This document shows positions 36,972-37,510 of a DNA stretch of 37,510 bases, piece after piece. Location of the stretch: positions 1 to 37,510 of the forward strand of contig KE560703.1 of assembly GCA_000442015.1 (NCBI GenBank), in the 5' to 3' direction. Position 1 is the stretch's first letter. Every line of letters begins with the position of its first letter. The notes beneath the pieces are model-generated. The model was not told where the DNA came from, made no database searches, and saw only the letters and a list, made by a program, of their open reading frames with translations. Source of the stretch: Rozella allomycis CSF55. Its lineage: Eukaryota. Both the position numbers and the translations under genes were made by a program.

Positions 36972-37045
36972 TGCTCCCAGCAGGGGTCGAACCTGCGGCC
37001 TTCGCGTTATTAGCACGACGCTCTAACCAACTGAGCTATGGGAGC
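36972..37045 (-). tRNA. tRNA-Ile (anticodon AAT), intronless
   Basis: GCTCCCATAGCTCAGTTGGTTAGAGCGTCGTGCT-AAT-AACGCGAAGGCCGCAGGTTCGACCCCTGCTGGGAGCA folds as a cloverleaf with A and B boxes. Confidence 0.97.
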
Positions 37046-37510
37046 TGTTCCTGAAAACCCACAAATAAATATTGTTTCACGGAGACAACTATGATCTAGA
37101 TTATTTTTTCTCAGATATAAGATATTTGAAAGCTAAAATAGAATATATTAATTATGAATTTGTCTTTATTTATTTAGTGAATGATGGTGCTGTTCTGGGT
37201 TTCTCATTATCAGTATTCACTCATTAGTCATCTGTAATACTAAAAGCGGAGTTGCCATGGTAATTGGTTGTCAAGAATATAATTGAACCTTTCATGATGC
37301 TAATAATGAGTAGTATTTCTATTTTGAATGCTTATAAGTTGTCGTCTGAGCCTAAACNTTGTTATTATAAGATCAATTTCAATTAAGGATTTGATCCATT
37401 ATTCAATGAATAATGGAAGGGTGTTAAGAAGAAGCATTTCGGGTCAACGTAAAAAATGACTAATTATATTACAATTTATCGGACGGGGAGTTTACGACCC
37501 GGACTTCAGA

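Noticed and set aside
1-37510. Alternative genetic code or stop readthrough to explain the short ORFs
   Set aside because: In recognised genes the internal stops all fall inside inferred introns, and genes end in TAA, TAG or TGA.
37046-37510. Gene at the right edge of the window
   Set aside because: No long ORF in the track, an ambiguous base at 37358 and truncation by the window; no model can be supported.

Overview
Very compact, AT-rich eukaryotic DNA. I infer an early-diverging flagellated fungus or relative (Rozella/Cryptomycota-like), based on IFT74, a dynein with an intact C-terminal domain and tiny introns; this is unconfirmed. The window holds about 14 tightly packed protein genes: GluRS, cytoplasmic dynein heavy chain, an unknown membrane protein, succinyl-CoA ligase beta, CCT6, IFT74, Vps27, mitochondrial L9, RPL28, frataxin, a RUS1-family protein, a half-size ABCA transporter, a BAR-PH-ArfGAP-ankyrin protein and a secreted protein. 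It also has tRNA-Ile(AAT) and a possible decayed piggyBac-like transposase. The fragmented ORF track is explained by about 75 hand-traced GT-AG introns, all 26-32 nt. The main finding is three double-length (57-58 nt) interruptions in dynein. Each consists of two normal-sized introns joined AG|GT with no exon base between them (candidate tandem introns with a zero-length exon, or miniature recursive splicing). Other observations: 3' splice-site choice that appears length-based, a 6-nt micro-exon, a 156-nt antisense CDS overlap (frataxin/RUS1), a 39-nt divergent gap and a shared ACCCTKG motif before start codons. All gene models are manual, with no transcript or database support.
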